A model generated the notes under the pieces. The model saw nothing but the letters and a program-made list of their open reading frames with translations. It made no database searches and had not been told where the DNA came from. A DNA stretch of 60,670 nt, filler included, from Thelocarpon superellum (taxonomy: Eukaryota): assembly GCA_026025795.1 (NCBI GenBank). It is 3 parts of 3 records of this genome, joined end to end, with 100 filler letters (N's around TTAATTAATTAA, not from the genome) between each part and the next. Parts side by side here need not be neighbours in the genome. Positions count along the whole stretch, not along the records: positions 40,544 to 60,670 come from JAPEUG010000332.1; 2 more parts are not named here. The stretch is one strand, 5' to 3'. Numbering within the stretch: the stretch's first letter is position 1; each line of letters starts with the position of its first letter. The position numbers and the translations under genes were made by a program. Below are positions 44,983 to 55,974 of the stretch, one piece after another.

Positions 44983-46455
44983 ATGAAGGCCGCACTTCTC
45001 CTCCCGCTGGCGGCGCTGGCCACCGCCTTCGTGATTCCAGACGAGCAAGTCCTCTCACAATTGGAAATTGAAACACAACAGCCTACCTATTCCATTCTTG
45101 AGGAGGTCCCTAGCAAGGACGAGCTGCGGAAGAAAGTGGAGAGCACTATCGCCGACGTAGTGTCCCGCTCGAAGAATGTCCTGGATCATGCCTTTGAGGC
45201 CGTCGTCGAAGCGGGCCAGCATGCCAAGGACCGATTTCAGTGCATGGAATCAATGACGGCCTTTGATCCCCAGGCCTGGTTGGAGTCCTCTGTGGAAAAC
45301 AACCCGTTCAGCGGGATCGACGAGGAGTGGGACCATCCCCACAAACGGCCACACAAGGGCCCTCACAAGGGACATCGCAAGCCGCATCACAAGACCAACC
45401 TTACGGTGTATCAGCTCATTGCAGAGAGCAAGTACACGACCAAGCTTGCGGCGCTGATCAACGAAGACGAAGACCTGGTCAAGATCCTCAACGGTACCGA
45501 GGCCAACTACACTGTGTTCGCCCCCATCGACAAAGCCTTCGAAAAGCTACCCCACCACCATCACAAGCCCTCCAAGGAGCTCATTAAGAAGGTCCTCTTG
45601 TACCATGTGTCGCCCGACTTCTACCCAGCCGGCCGCGTCCTGATCTCGCACACCATTCCATCCGCAGTCAAGGAGGCCACCCTCGGAGACCAGCCCCAGC
45701 GTCTTCGACTCGGTCTGAACTTGAAGGGCCTAACGGTCAACTTTTTCAGCCGCATCATCGCGGTCAACATCGTACGTCAGCGCCTCTCGGCGACGAAGCT
45801 GGTACTGACAAGAGCCCGCTAGTTTGGCACGAACGGGGTGATCCATGGCGTGGACTCTCTCATCTTTCCACCGCCACCCACGCTCAAGATCATTGAGCTC
45901 CTACCGAACGTCTTCAGCACCCTGGAGCTTGGTCTGCATAAGACTGGCCTCTTCCATGACTTCAGTGTGACCGCTCAGGCCGGAGGCACCTTCTTCGCGC
46001 CCTCTAACACTGCCTTCACCAAGCTGGGGCCTAAGATCAATGCCTTCCTCTTCAGCCATTACGGCGAGAAGTACCTTAAGGCGCTGCTAAAGTACCACGT
46101 CGTCTCAAACACCACCCTTTACAGCGATGCCTTCTATCCGAAGAGCGAAGAAGCGCAGACTCTTCCCAAGGGCTTATTCCATGTCGACCTCCCCACGCTT
46201 CTCGACGGAAAGATCTTGAACGTCGACGTGGCCCGTTTTGCTGGCTTCATTAGCATCAAGATCAACGGCTTCAGCACCGTGACGACGCAAGATGGCATCG
46301 CCAAGGATGGTGTTCTCCAGGTCGTCAGTAATGTCCTCATCCCGCCGAAGAAAGTAGGCGGCGAGGAGGACAGCTTCTGGCAGGGCGAGGAGCTTGAGGT
46401 CGATGACTTGGTAGCCAGACTAGCCCCGTTTGTCGAGGCGCAGCCGGAATTGTAG
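44983..46455 (+). CDS. Secreted fasciclin protein with two FAS1 domains (473 aa); exons 44983-45771, 45823-46455
   Basis: Signal peptide MKAALLLPLAALATA. Domain 1: YTVFAPIDKAF, LLYHV, NGVIHGVD. Domain 2: TFFAPSNTAF, LLKYHVV, DGVLQVVSNVL. Confidence 0.92.
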
Positions 46456-46709
46456 AGTGACCTAGTGATGAGTTGGAGGATCGAATTGATCTTCCGAGGG
46501 CCACTGAAGGAAGAAAAGTCTTTGTACTCACTCTAGTTAAGAAGCCATAAGCAATGAAGGCTTACTTAGGATCCAGCCTGTCCATCATGCTTCTTACAAA
46601 CCGAGTGGGCCCAAGTTCACGCGTGTGTGGAAAGTAGACCTTCCACTGACCCCGCAGTCCTTCAACAACGTCTCCAGCACATTGCTATTAGTATCTTACC
46701 CTCATTATC

Positions 46710-47236
46710 ATGGCTCTGCGTCCTCCCTTTACAAAAGCAAGCGCACACCAAAAGGTCAAGGTGGCACAGGATCTGTGGAACACTAGGTATGCACCTCGAT
46801 GACGAAGCACGACGACGGCTGCGAGGGCAATCTACCAACACCTTGCATCTAATGCAGGAATCCTACCGCCGTCGTACAAGCCTACACGTCCAACTCCATC
46901 TGGCGAAACCGCTCGTCTTTTTTGCAGGGTCACCAGGCCATCGAGACTTTCTTGACGGAGAAATGGGAGCGTGAGCGGGAATACCGGCTCCGCAAGGAAC
47001 TCTTTGCCTTCACCGACAACAAGATTGCCGTGCAATTCTGGTACGAGTACCGCGATGCGCAAGATAGCCAGCGCTGGAAGAGGTGCTTTGGGCTGGAGGA
47101 TTGGACCTTTGATGATGACGGTAAGATGCGGAAGCGAATGATGAGCGGCAACGATGTCGTGATCAACGAGGCCCAACGCTGGTTTCGGGATGGGGTCGAC
47201 ATAAATGCCGTGGCCATAGGGGAGGAGCATTGGTAA
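46710..47236 (+). CDS. DUF1348 (NTF2/SnoaL-like) protein (151 aa); exons 46710-46786, 46858-47236
   Basis: RPPFT..AHQKVKVAQDLWNTR, IWRNRSSF, KWEREREYRLRKELFAFTDNKIAVQFWYEY and GLEDWTF..GKMRKR. Confidence 0.9.
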
Positions 47237-47519
47237 TCGCTAGCTGGAGCGCTTCCTCTAATAGATGTGCCCTTATGTCGCACAACGTGTAGCTGTACCG
47301 CTGGTCGCTCTCGTACCTACAGCAGGCGAATACAAGGGTGGGGCAATCGACAGGGGCCCCGTCTCGGCGGGATGGAACCGAAGAAGGGTGGTGAAGAAGC
47401 CCCGCCTACAAATACCGACATGTCCTCGCTCTCGTACAGTGCCTCAGATCTCCTCGGACACATCCGTTTGCTAGTCAGATAAACCGATCTTGTAATCTCC
47501 TCAGTCACCCACGTTGAGC

Positions 47520-48297
47520 ATGGCCCCACTCAAAGCTGGCGATGCCTTCCCCGAAGGCGTGACATTTACGTAGGTGCTCAGGACCCCAATCCTAGTCGCC
47601 AGCCCCACCTTCTCCTTGTCGACGATACTGGAGGGGCTCCAAGTGCTGATGATGGACATTAGGTATGTGCCGTACACCGAAGAAAAGGCGGATGTCAAAG
47701 CCTGCGGAGTTCCCATCAGCTATGATGCCAGCAAGCAGTTCAGGGACAAGAAGGTCGTCCTCTTCTCCGTCCCGGGTGCTTTCACGCCGACCTGCACCGT
47801 GAGCCGTATGTTGCCATTCTGAAGACAAGCCGTGGTGCTCCGGCCTCGCTGCTAATTTGCATTAGATCTACCTGGCTACCTCGAGCATCTCCCCGACTTG
47901 AAGAAGAAGGGCGTGGATATCGTTGCCGTACTTGCCTATAACGACCCATGGGTTATGGCGGCTTGGGGTAAGGCCAGCGGCGTCAAAGGCGACGATATCG
48001 TATGTCATCAGGACACATCTCGTACACGATATTTTGGATACTGACGCTCTCTTATCACAGTTGTTCTTCTCCGACTCCGACACCAACTTCTCCAAGGCCA
48101 ATGCTTGGGTGCTCGGCGAGCGGAGTGGCAGATACGCATTGATCTTTGATCACGGCAGGGTCATCTACTCTGAGGTGGAGCCTGGAAAGGAGGTCACGGT
48201 GCGTCTTACCTCTACTTCCCTCTTTCCAGAAGTCGGCCCCTCTGATGACCATTTACTCTAGGTCTCCGGGGCAGATGCGGTCCTGGCCAAGCTGTGA
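47520..48297 (+). CDS. AHP1: Peroxiredoxin, Prx5/Ahp1/Pmp20 (Asp f 3-like), 166 aa, C-terminal PTS1 AKL; exons 47520-47569, 47663-47805, 47866-47999, 48061-48198, 48262-48297
   Basis: VPGAFTPTCTVSHLPGY carries the peroxidatic Cys; N-terminal resolving Cys in ACGVP; NDPWVMAAWG and ERSGRYAL. Four canonical introns. Confidence 0.94.
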
Positions 48298-48428
48298 GCA
48301 GCCGTCAGGATTTTGATAGAGAAATTGCACACATTAAGCGTCTGTCGTTCTAGACCCCAAGTTGCTACCATAGATGACGCTCGAACTGTGTGCCAAGCCT
48401 TGACTCCTTCCACCCTTGAAGGCTGCTT

Positions 48429-49340
48429 TCAAAACCCATCTTCAATCTCTTTTAAGCGTATATTCTTGGGCACGACAAATACCCCAGTGGCCTCGACGCA
48501 GACCTTTCCGTCTATCGTTTCCAGTGAGCCCTGGATCTTGGCTTTCCGATCCGTCGTCTCACCCTCCACAGCCTCAGCACGGAGAACGTAGAATTGGTTC
48601 GCAAGGGTCGGAGCACGGTATTCCAGATGCAAATTGGCCGTCACACCTGCCAAGAGTCAGGCTCACGGCTGTGGATACGGCGATGCCGCGGGGACCTCAC
48701 CAGTCTTCGCCGGGAATAGACGCAGGGCAACTCGGCCCAGCGACTCATCCATGACCGTGGCGATTGCACCACCGTGGGTGACTCCTACCCAACCTGTCAA
48801 GCCTCCGCCGAAGAAGACCACGGTCACTGCTTTCCGCTCTTCCTCGTTCCAGAATATCCGCTGGACCGCTAACCCTCTGCCGCCACCCATTGGCCCAGAG
48901 CTCAGGCGCCCAGCTTGTTCTTTTGCTGTAAAGGAGCTGTATGCATCCCATTCGCGCCAATGATCCGGTGCAGAGCGGAGGAACCGCACAATCGGTAAGG
49001 CATCTGAGGTCTCGCGGAGCCTCTTCACAAGTAGATCGTCCGGTGGCGTATGAGGCGCCGGCAGCTTCGGCGGGACGAGGGTAAACCGCACAAAGCTGCC
49101 GGCAGTGAGACCAAGGAGAAGAAAAGATGTAGCGTAGAGGTATGGACGCAGACTGCGCTTAGGAGCGGCCGATCGTCTGGACGGCAATGAGGGTAGTGGA
49201 GGTGGCCGGACTTTCACGGTAGTTGCGAGAGGGCGCCCGCCACGGATTGGCTGGCCGAATCTCGAAGCGCGCACGAATTGAGATGTGCATCTCGTGAAGC
49301 TGACCAATGATCGATGAGGTTTTCGTAGCAAGGAAGCCAT
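48429..49340 (-). CDS. Mitochondrial hotdog-fold thioesterase (Fmp10/THEM4-like, 285 aa); exons 49340-48701, 48646-48429
   Basis: Arg-rich presequence, one TM segment (YLYATSFLLLGLTAGSF), GWVGVTHGGAIATVMDE and GVTANLHLEYRAP. Confidence 0.88.
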
Positions 49341-49700
49341 CCTGCTGGATCAGCCGTTGGACTGGCGTCCATGGGTCGCCGGTCAGATGTTGTGTCTTTG
49401 TCTGGGTCACGTCGTATCGGCATCTGGCGCATTCGACGATCTTTAGCGGCGGCCTTACCCGAGCTGCGTCGAGCGTATCAGTTGCCCACCAGCATCCATC
49501 GTAGGGTTGCAGCACCAGAGAGAAGACAGGACAGCTTGCCGCTCCAGCACAGGCATCTGGCCTCATCCCCCCCGGTCGCTGTCCCTTCTCGACTCGGCTT
49601 TCAGAAGCGTCATGTGTGAGGGACCTGGGCGTACCGACCGGCCCCACAGCCTAGAAGACCAGACCCGCGGCTCCCTTCGTCGTGCTCACCAACCATCATC

Positions 49701-52700
49701 ATGGCGGACCCCGCCGGGCATACGGATCCCCAGTCCGCCTATGAGAGCCCGACCTTCACCCTGGACATGTCCATCAAGGTCGATCAACCAGTGGGATCCA
49801 TGTCCATCTCTCCATGCGGTCGCGACGTCGTCCTGGCCTCCCGGCAAGGCTTGCACATCATCGACCTCGACTCGCCCTACTCGCCGCCGCGGCATCTCCC
49901 ACATCGCACTCCATGGGAGGTGGCTGATGTTCAGTGGTCCCCCTTTGCCTCCCGCGACTATTGGGTCATCAGTACCTCCAATCAGAAGGCACTAGTCTGG
50001 AATCTGGCCATGACGGCTCCCTTCAATGCCATAGAACACGTGCTGCACGCCCACACTCGCGCCATCACCGATATCAATTTCTCGGCCCATCACCCCGACA
50101 TGCTGGCGACCTGCGCTGTCGATAGCTACGTGCATTGCTGGGATCTCCGGAACCCGTCGCGGCCATCCATGACCTTCTGTGACTGGTTCGCCGGGGCGAC
50201 GCAGGTCAAATGGAATCGACAGGATCCTCACATCCTTGCCTCCTCCCATGACAAAGTGCTCCGGATCTGGGACGACCGGAAAGGTGCCTATCCGCTTCGA
50301 TCTATCGAGGCCCATGACACCAAGATCTATGGAGTCGACTGGAATCGCGTGCGGCCGAACAGCCTTGCGACGTGCTCGTTGGACAAGTCCATCAAGATCT
50401 GGGACTACGAGAACCCGGATGAGACGCCCGAACGCGTCATCCGGACGCCCTTCCCCGTCTGGCGCTCGCGTCACACGCCCTTTGGTTGGGGCTTGTTAGC
50501 GATGCCGCAGCGGGGCAATAACGACCTCCACTTGTTCGATCGGAGAATGGATGCGGGCATGCCCAAGGACGGCGATATCCCGGCCGTCCACCGATTCGAA
50601 GGCCATCAAGACCAAGTCAAGGAGTTCTTGTGGCGACCGCGAGGCAACATCGTCGACGGCATCGACAACCGAGAATTTCAACTGGTGAGCTGGGGCACGG
50701 ATCGACATCTGCGCTTACACCACGTCGACGACCAGGTCTTGGAGAAGATTGGCTACCAGAAAGGCCGCGAGGTCTTTAAGAAGTACAACTTCACGCGGAA
50801 CAACGCTAAGTACAAGACCTTCCGCGACGAGGATACCCGACAAGGCCAACGCCGACCGTCGAGAGCCGGACTCGGGCCCACCCCGGACCAAGGCTTCAGC
50901 AGCGCGCTGGGTGGAGCCCTGAGCGCTGGCATGAAGAAGGCACCGATCCCGCTGTCGCGCGGATGGGGAGAAGGCGGATACATGACATCCCGAGCGCGCC
51001 TGCACGGCCGGCGGAACGGCGAGAAGGACCTGACCGCCCTGGCGTGGATGCAGGGCGTGCGGATTGGGAAGAAGGCGCTGGGAGATGGATACGGCGCCCA
51101 TGGTGAGCTGGAGGTGCCCAAATCCGCCGCCCTCGTGAGCGGCGACCAGAGCTGGGACGGGCCGGACAACCTTGGCGACGAGATCACGCAGGTGGCGAGC
51201 AAGTTTCGCAAGGTCACTTTCGAGGACGTGGACGTTTCCAAGCGGGTGGCCACTATCTCAGTGGATGGACCTTGGACGACCCAGGGCGAGTCTGTCTACA
51301 CCAAGGTTGAGATCCGATTTCCCCTCGACTACCCGGAGAAAGCGCCGCCCGTCTTTCGATTGGAGAAGACCTCGTCCATCCCAGACGAGACACTGAAGAA
51401 GATGGCCGAGGAGTTAGATCTCGTGGCAGTGTCGCACGTCGATCATGGTCACACCTGCCTCGAGCCTGTCGTCTGCTATCTTATGGGCGAGCGTAGCTTC
51501 GCCGAGAGCATGGCCACCTCGCCGACCGACGCCGCAGATCCTTATGATGCGGAGATCGACGCCGGCCAGAGCTCGAGCGATGATGACGAAGAGGTGGGTG
51601 CGCTGGCGGGAGCTCAGGCGCAAGACATGGAATTAAGCGGAACGGACCTTATGGGCACCGTCAACGCGAACGCGAATGTGCCGCTTCCGAAGGCCTGCGG
51701 CGCGCTTTTCACCGCCAGCGGCAGTCTGGTGTGTTTCTTCCCGCCCAAAGAAGAGAAATCTTGGCCGGGCCTCTCCTCCGCCCGCGATGACGAACCGCGC
51801 AATGGCAAGGGTTGGCGGATCTTTCAAGGTCTCGGCCGACTCCGGCGTGCGTCGCCCAGTCTGAAAACGAAGAGCGCCATGTCGTACGAAGGCGAGAATG
51901 ACGAGGAGGATTCAGGAGATGACTCCTTTACCTCGTCGTCAGACTCGTCCGATTCCTCAGGCACGGCATACGCTGGTACCCACCTCTTTGCCTACACCAA
52001 CAGCTGGCGACATCGGCTGCAGAAGACGTCGCACGCGTCTAGGACACGGTCGACGGATCATTCCCAGCGCTCAGGCGGCCGAAGCTCGACGCTTGGGAAG
52101 TTGGTGTCGGCCAAGGTCAAGAGCATCGTCTCGATCCATCACTTGGAGGCGCTGCTTCCGGCCAAGAAGACGCTGGCAGCCGAGATGATTATTGTCGGCG
52201 ACGGGGCGTCGGTGTGCGAGCACAATGGCCGGGTGGCGGCCGCGCACGGCTTCCAGGAGCTTGCGGACGTGTGGCATTTGGCCACACTCATCTTGCAACC
52301 GGACGTGCCGCTCGAGCTTGTGGATCAAGAGGCGCGCAAGGACCCGATCCTGGTCATCGCCCAACATGCCACAACGACGTTGAAGCGTCGCGACAGTGGT
52401 CTGGACCTCGGCTTCGACGACGTGCACGCACGACCGATGAAGTTGAGTGGACGCGTCAAATGGGGGCACCATCCCATCGGTCGAGGATGGCTCATCGATG
52501 CCATGTTTCAGCATTTCGAGCGCGTGGCTGATGTGCAGATGCTGGCCATGCTCTCATGTGTCTTCAGTGAGCCGGCGCGCCAAACGGGCACGCCCGTCCT
52601 CACCCGCCGATCGACCCCATCGATGAGGAGTCCGGCCTTTTCGCTTGAGTACTTCGCCACTCATGAGATGGCGTGGAGCCTCCACCAGCCGACGATCCCC

Positions 52701-53999
52701 GTCGCGACTACGCCTAAGGCCTTACCGTCGCCGTCCGGCACCTTCGGCTCGCTAGATTCGACCTCGGGGCTCTGGGTCGGCGATCAGATCGTCCCTCACT
52801 CTACCGGCACGACGCCTCCACTGTACTACAAAACGCGTACAGGCACAGAGTCAATGGAGGATCAGACGCAGAGTCTGTCATCGTCCCCCAATCTGCACCA
52901 CGGACGCCGCTCGACGTCGAGTCTGACTAGTGCCTTTGCCGCCAGCCTTTCCCGACCCTTCTCCCATATCAATAGCTCTTCCCCGCCGTCAGGGTCGACG
53001 GCGATGCGGAAGAAGGCGCATGCGACTGAAAGCACGGGCGGTGTGACGTGGGGGACGACGACAATCTTCAGTGCCGCGGCTAAGGCGTCCTCCGAAGCGG
53101 CCCACTCCGGGTCGGAGAGCGAAGAAGAGCGACCACGCCGATCGCGGCCGGTGACGACGAAGGTGACGCTGCACAATCAAGATCTGTTCGATATGGAAGG
53201 GTGTTTGAGCCTGCCCCTCCTCGATCCAAAACATGCGGCTCGCTATCAAGCCTACCGTGAGGAATACGCCCACCTACTCGCGGTGTGGGGTCTCGTCACG
53301 CGACAGTTGGAGATGCTCAAATATCATGCCGTACCCGGACGCCCGCCGGCATCGGACGAATCCCTCATCACTTTGGGCAAGCGGCAAGCCGAGGCCGGGG
53401 CGGAAGACAAATGGCAGGGCCTCGATGTGGCAAAACGATGCGCGTCGTGTGCGGATGGTTTCATGCGACGTCCCTCGGACGCGAGCAGGAGCGCCCGAGG
53501 ACGCTGTCAGCGGTGTGGGCGGGGCAAAGATCGCATGACATGCTCGCTGTGCAAGGAAATGGTGCGTGGCACCTACGCGCCCTGCCTCGTCTGCGGCCAC
53601 GTCCTCCATGCGACATGTCATGAGCAATGGTTTGCCGAAGAGGGCGGCGCCTGCCCGACGGGGTGTGGATGCTCTTGCCCTCAGGTCACGCTGGAGATGC
53701 CGCCCATCTGGTCGGACGAGCAGGTGGGTCCCACGGTGGACGAGGGCCGCCTGGCGACGGTAGTGGAGATTCCAGATTCGCTGCCAAGCTGGGAGGGGTG
53801 GGAAGAGATTAGCTACGCCGGGCGTGGCCGGGGCCTCAACACGGCCTGGAGACGAGACCCCAGCAGAAGAGCGTCGGGGGGCGACAGGCCTCGAATGGGC
53901 GCGTGGAAGAAGATTGACCCGAGGCGAGGCAGCGCTGTGTCTGGTCAGCCCGCCCGAAAGGGTCTGGTCCGGACCTTTTCCCGGGACACCGTGGTGTAG
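49701..53999 (+). CDS. MTC5: SEACAT/GATOR2 subunit Mtc5/Sea3 (WDR59), 1432 aa, intronless
   Basis: N-terminal WD40 repeats (HTRAITDINF, ATQVKWNR, GVDWNR), RWD domain (FPLDYPEKAPP), FERVADVQMLAMLSCVF, and C-terminal RING (CSLC..CLVCGHVLHATC..CPTGCGCSC). Confidence 0.94.
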   Translation: MADPAGHTDPQSAYESPTFTLDMSIKVDQPVGSMSISPCGRDVVLASRQGLHIIDLDSPYSPPRHLPHRTPWEVADVQWSPFASRDYWVISTSNQKALVWNLAMTAPFNAIEHVLHAHTRAITDINFSAHHPDMLATCAVDSYVHCWDLRNPSRPSMTFCDWFAGATQVKWNRQDPHILASSHDKVLRIWDDRKGAYPLRSIEAHDTKIYGVDWNRVRPNSLATCSLDKSIKIWDYENPDETPERVIRTPFPVWRSRHTPFGWGLLAMPQRGNNDLHLFDRRMDAGMPKDGDIPAVHRFEGHQDQVKEFLWRPRGNIVDGIDNREFQLVSWGTDRHLRLHHVDDQVLEKIGYQKGREVFKKYNFTRNNAKYKTFRDEDTRQGQRRPSRAGLGPTPDQGFSSALGGALSAGMKKAPIPLSRGWGEGGYMTSRARLHGRRNGEKDLTALAWMQGVRIGKKALGDGYGAHGELEVPKSAALVSGDQSWDGPDNLGDEITQVASKFRKVTFEDVDVSKRVATISVDGPWTTQGESVYTKVEIRFPLDYPEKAPPVFRLEKTSSIPDETLKKMAEELDLVAVSHVDHGHTCLEPVVCYLMGERSFAESMATSPTDAADPYDAEIDAGQSSSDDDEEVGALAGAQAQDMELSGTDLMGTVNANANVPLPKACGALFTASGSLVCFFPPKEEKSWPGLSSARDDEPRNGKGWRIFQGLGRLRRASPSLKTKSAMSYEGENDEEDSGDDSFTSSSDSSDSSGTAYAGTHLFAYTNSWRHRLQKTSHASRTRSTDHSQRSGGRSSTLGKLVSAKVKSIVSIHHLEALLPAKKTLAAEMIIVGDGASVCEHNGRVAAAHGFQELADVWHLATLILQPDVPLELVDQEARKDPILVIAQHATTTLKRRDSGLDLGFDDVHARPMKLSGRVKWGHHPIGRGWLIDAMFQHFERVADVQMLAMLSCVFSEPARQTGTPVLTRRSTPSMRSPAFSLEYFATHEMAWSLHQPTIPVATTPKALPSPSGTFGSLDSTSGLWVGDQIVPHSTGTTPPLYYKTRTGTESMEDQTQSLSSSPNLHHGRRSTSSLTSAFAASLSRPFSHINSSSPPSGSTAMRKKAHATESTGGVTWGTTTIFSAAAKASSEAAHSGSESEEERPRRSRPVTTKVTLHNQDLFDMEGCLSLPLLDPKHAARYQAYREEYAHLLAVWGLVTRQLEMLKYHAVPGRPPASDESLITLGKRQAEAGAEDKWQGLDVAKRCASCADGFMRRPSDASRSARGRCQRCGRGKDRMTCSLCKEMVRGTYAPCLVCGHVLHATCHEQWFAEEGGACPTGCGCSCPQVTLEMPPIWSDEQVGPTVDEGRLATVVEIPDSLPSWEGWEEISYAGRGRGLNTAWRRDPSRRASGGDRPRMGAWKKIDPRRGSAVSGQPARKGLVRTFSRDTVV

Positions 54000-54539
54000 T
54001 CATGATGGCGTAGAATGGTGGGATGGGGTCGGATGGCAAAGGCGTTTCAATGGGCCTCCGAGATTGGAGGAGATGCCGGGATCTAAATGGCTTGCATCAT
54101 TGGCGTACCACCTAGGACTACGCGGTATCACGCGTTCCTACATAAGATAGGGAGAATTGAGATGTCCGACAGAAGTCGCCGACCAAGGAGCGTGTGATCA
54201 GTGACTTAGTCATACCTCGGTTGGCGAGCGGCAGTAACAGTCCTTCTGACGTCGAGGAGTCGATTTCACGATCAGGCAGCGTCCAGGGCGTTTGCTTGTC
54301 AAGATGGCTGCATCGGCCTGACGCGAGGAATCCCTGAAGCAGCCTGTCCGCTTGTTCTCGCTGTGACTGGTGTACTGCAGCGTGAGATTCACTTCCGTCC
54401 TCATCCCAGTTGACGTCTCGGTGATCAGGACGGTGCCACTGGATATCGTCAACAGCCCCTTGCACCCCGCCACCCTTTCTGGTTCAGATCAACCTTTGAA
54501 AAAAGATCGTACACTGTCTGAAGACAGACCAGCGTCACG

Positions 54540-55187
54540 ATGGCCGCACTACCCAAGCGGATCATCAAGGAGACAGAACGGCTCATGGCTGAACCGTAAG
54601 GATTCTCTGCGGGTTTACCTCGCCATCCATGACATCTGATCCGAGGCTGACCACGACGCGGGGACAGAGTACCGGGGATCAGCGCTGTTCCGCACGATGA
54701 CAATTTACGGTACTTTGATGTCATGATCCATGGACCATCGCAGTCCCCGTACGAAGGTGAGACGAAGCTGTGTCGTTGATCTCGCCGGCTTGGTCCTCGG
54801 ACCTCGACTGACCAGGCCACAGGCGGCATCTTCAAACTCGAGCTCTTCCTTCCGGACGACTATCCCATGACTCCGCCCAAGATTCGATTTCTGACCAAGA
54901 TTTATCATCCCAACATCGACAAGCTCGGACGCATCTGTCTCGACGTGTTGAAGAGTGGGCCCACAATCCCTGAGCCACTCCTTGAGTCCATGCTTACTTT
55001 TTCGACACCAGGTAATTGGTCGCCTGCGCTTCAAATCCGAACGATCCTTCTTTCCATTCAAGCTCTCCTCGGGGCGCCGAATCCCGATGATCCATTGGCC
55101 AACGATGTGGCCCAAAGGTGGAAGGAGGATGAGCCAGCGGCCATCCAGACAGCACGAGAGTGGACCCGCACGCATGCTATGGCCTAG
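54540..55187 (+). CDS. UBC13: Ubiquitin-conjugating enzyme E2 13 (150 aa); exons 54540-54595, 54668-54756, 54823-54954, 55012-55187
   Basis: [37 protein letters not shown] and [18 protein letters not shown]. Confidence 0.97.
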
Positions 55188-55646
55188 TTTAGAAAGCGCA
55201 TCTAGACGGGTTCGCCGTTACACTCTAGCCATTGGGTGCTCATGGGGTGGATGCTTGACGAGATCATGACATGGGCGGGCGCCGATGATGTACTACATGG
55301 AATATATTTGCGCTTACTTCTGAGAAGATGGAGCAAGGGAATGATTTGTTCTCTAGATATGATCAAAGGCTTTGATGTCACGGGTGCATCTGTTTGAGAT
55401 CTTGAGGGAATATCTACTAATGTGTAGACATCTGGGCTGGGATGGGATTGTCCGTAGATGTCTTTGCTCAAGTAGATGCCTATCTTCTTATGTTAAAAAA
55501 CGATAAAGAGTTGTCGCTGTGCATGGTAGCATCTGTTTCCTATCTGGCCGTATAGCAAGTAAGAGGAGAGAAAGACGACAGATTATGATGCCTGATGAGC
55601 AGGGTCAGCAGGTCTCCTTACGCCGACCGGCCTGGATTAGTACCTC

Positions 55647-55837
55647 GTACCATATGGTACTTCGAACATATGGGGAGCACCCGCCTACCACTGAACTTAC
55701 AGCGAATCTAGTCCTTCTCGCTTCCCTTAGAAGGAGGACTGGATGCCACTCGTGATAGCCCTCGACCGACCCTTTGAGACTGCTGCTCCGTTCTGCATCA
55801 CGTGATCTCGGCAGGGACCGCACACATTGATAGGGCA
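55647..55837. promoter_or_regulatory. Candidate ribosomal-protein promoter elements upstream of RPL24
   Basis: TCACGTGA at 55798-55805 flanked by TAGCCCT (55756-55762) and TAGGGCA (55831-55837). Perfect 14-bp palindrome GTACCATATGGTAC at 55647-55660. Confidence 0.4.
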
Positions 55838-55974
55838 AGCCATACAATCGTTGGATATATCGAGAGATTGAGATTGGTGACAACGCCGCCCATTCTCTCC
55901 TCTGCATACTCTCCCGCCCCATTCCGACACCGAGGATATTTGCGGGGCGCATCGGCGTCGTCTTCCTCGTTACC

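Noticed and set aside
4647..48297. Thioredoxin plus peroxiredoxin as a redox gene cluster
   Set aside because: They lie on different concatenated contigs separated by artificial linkers.
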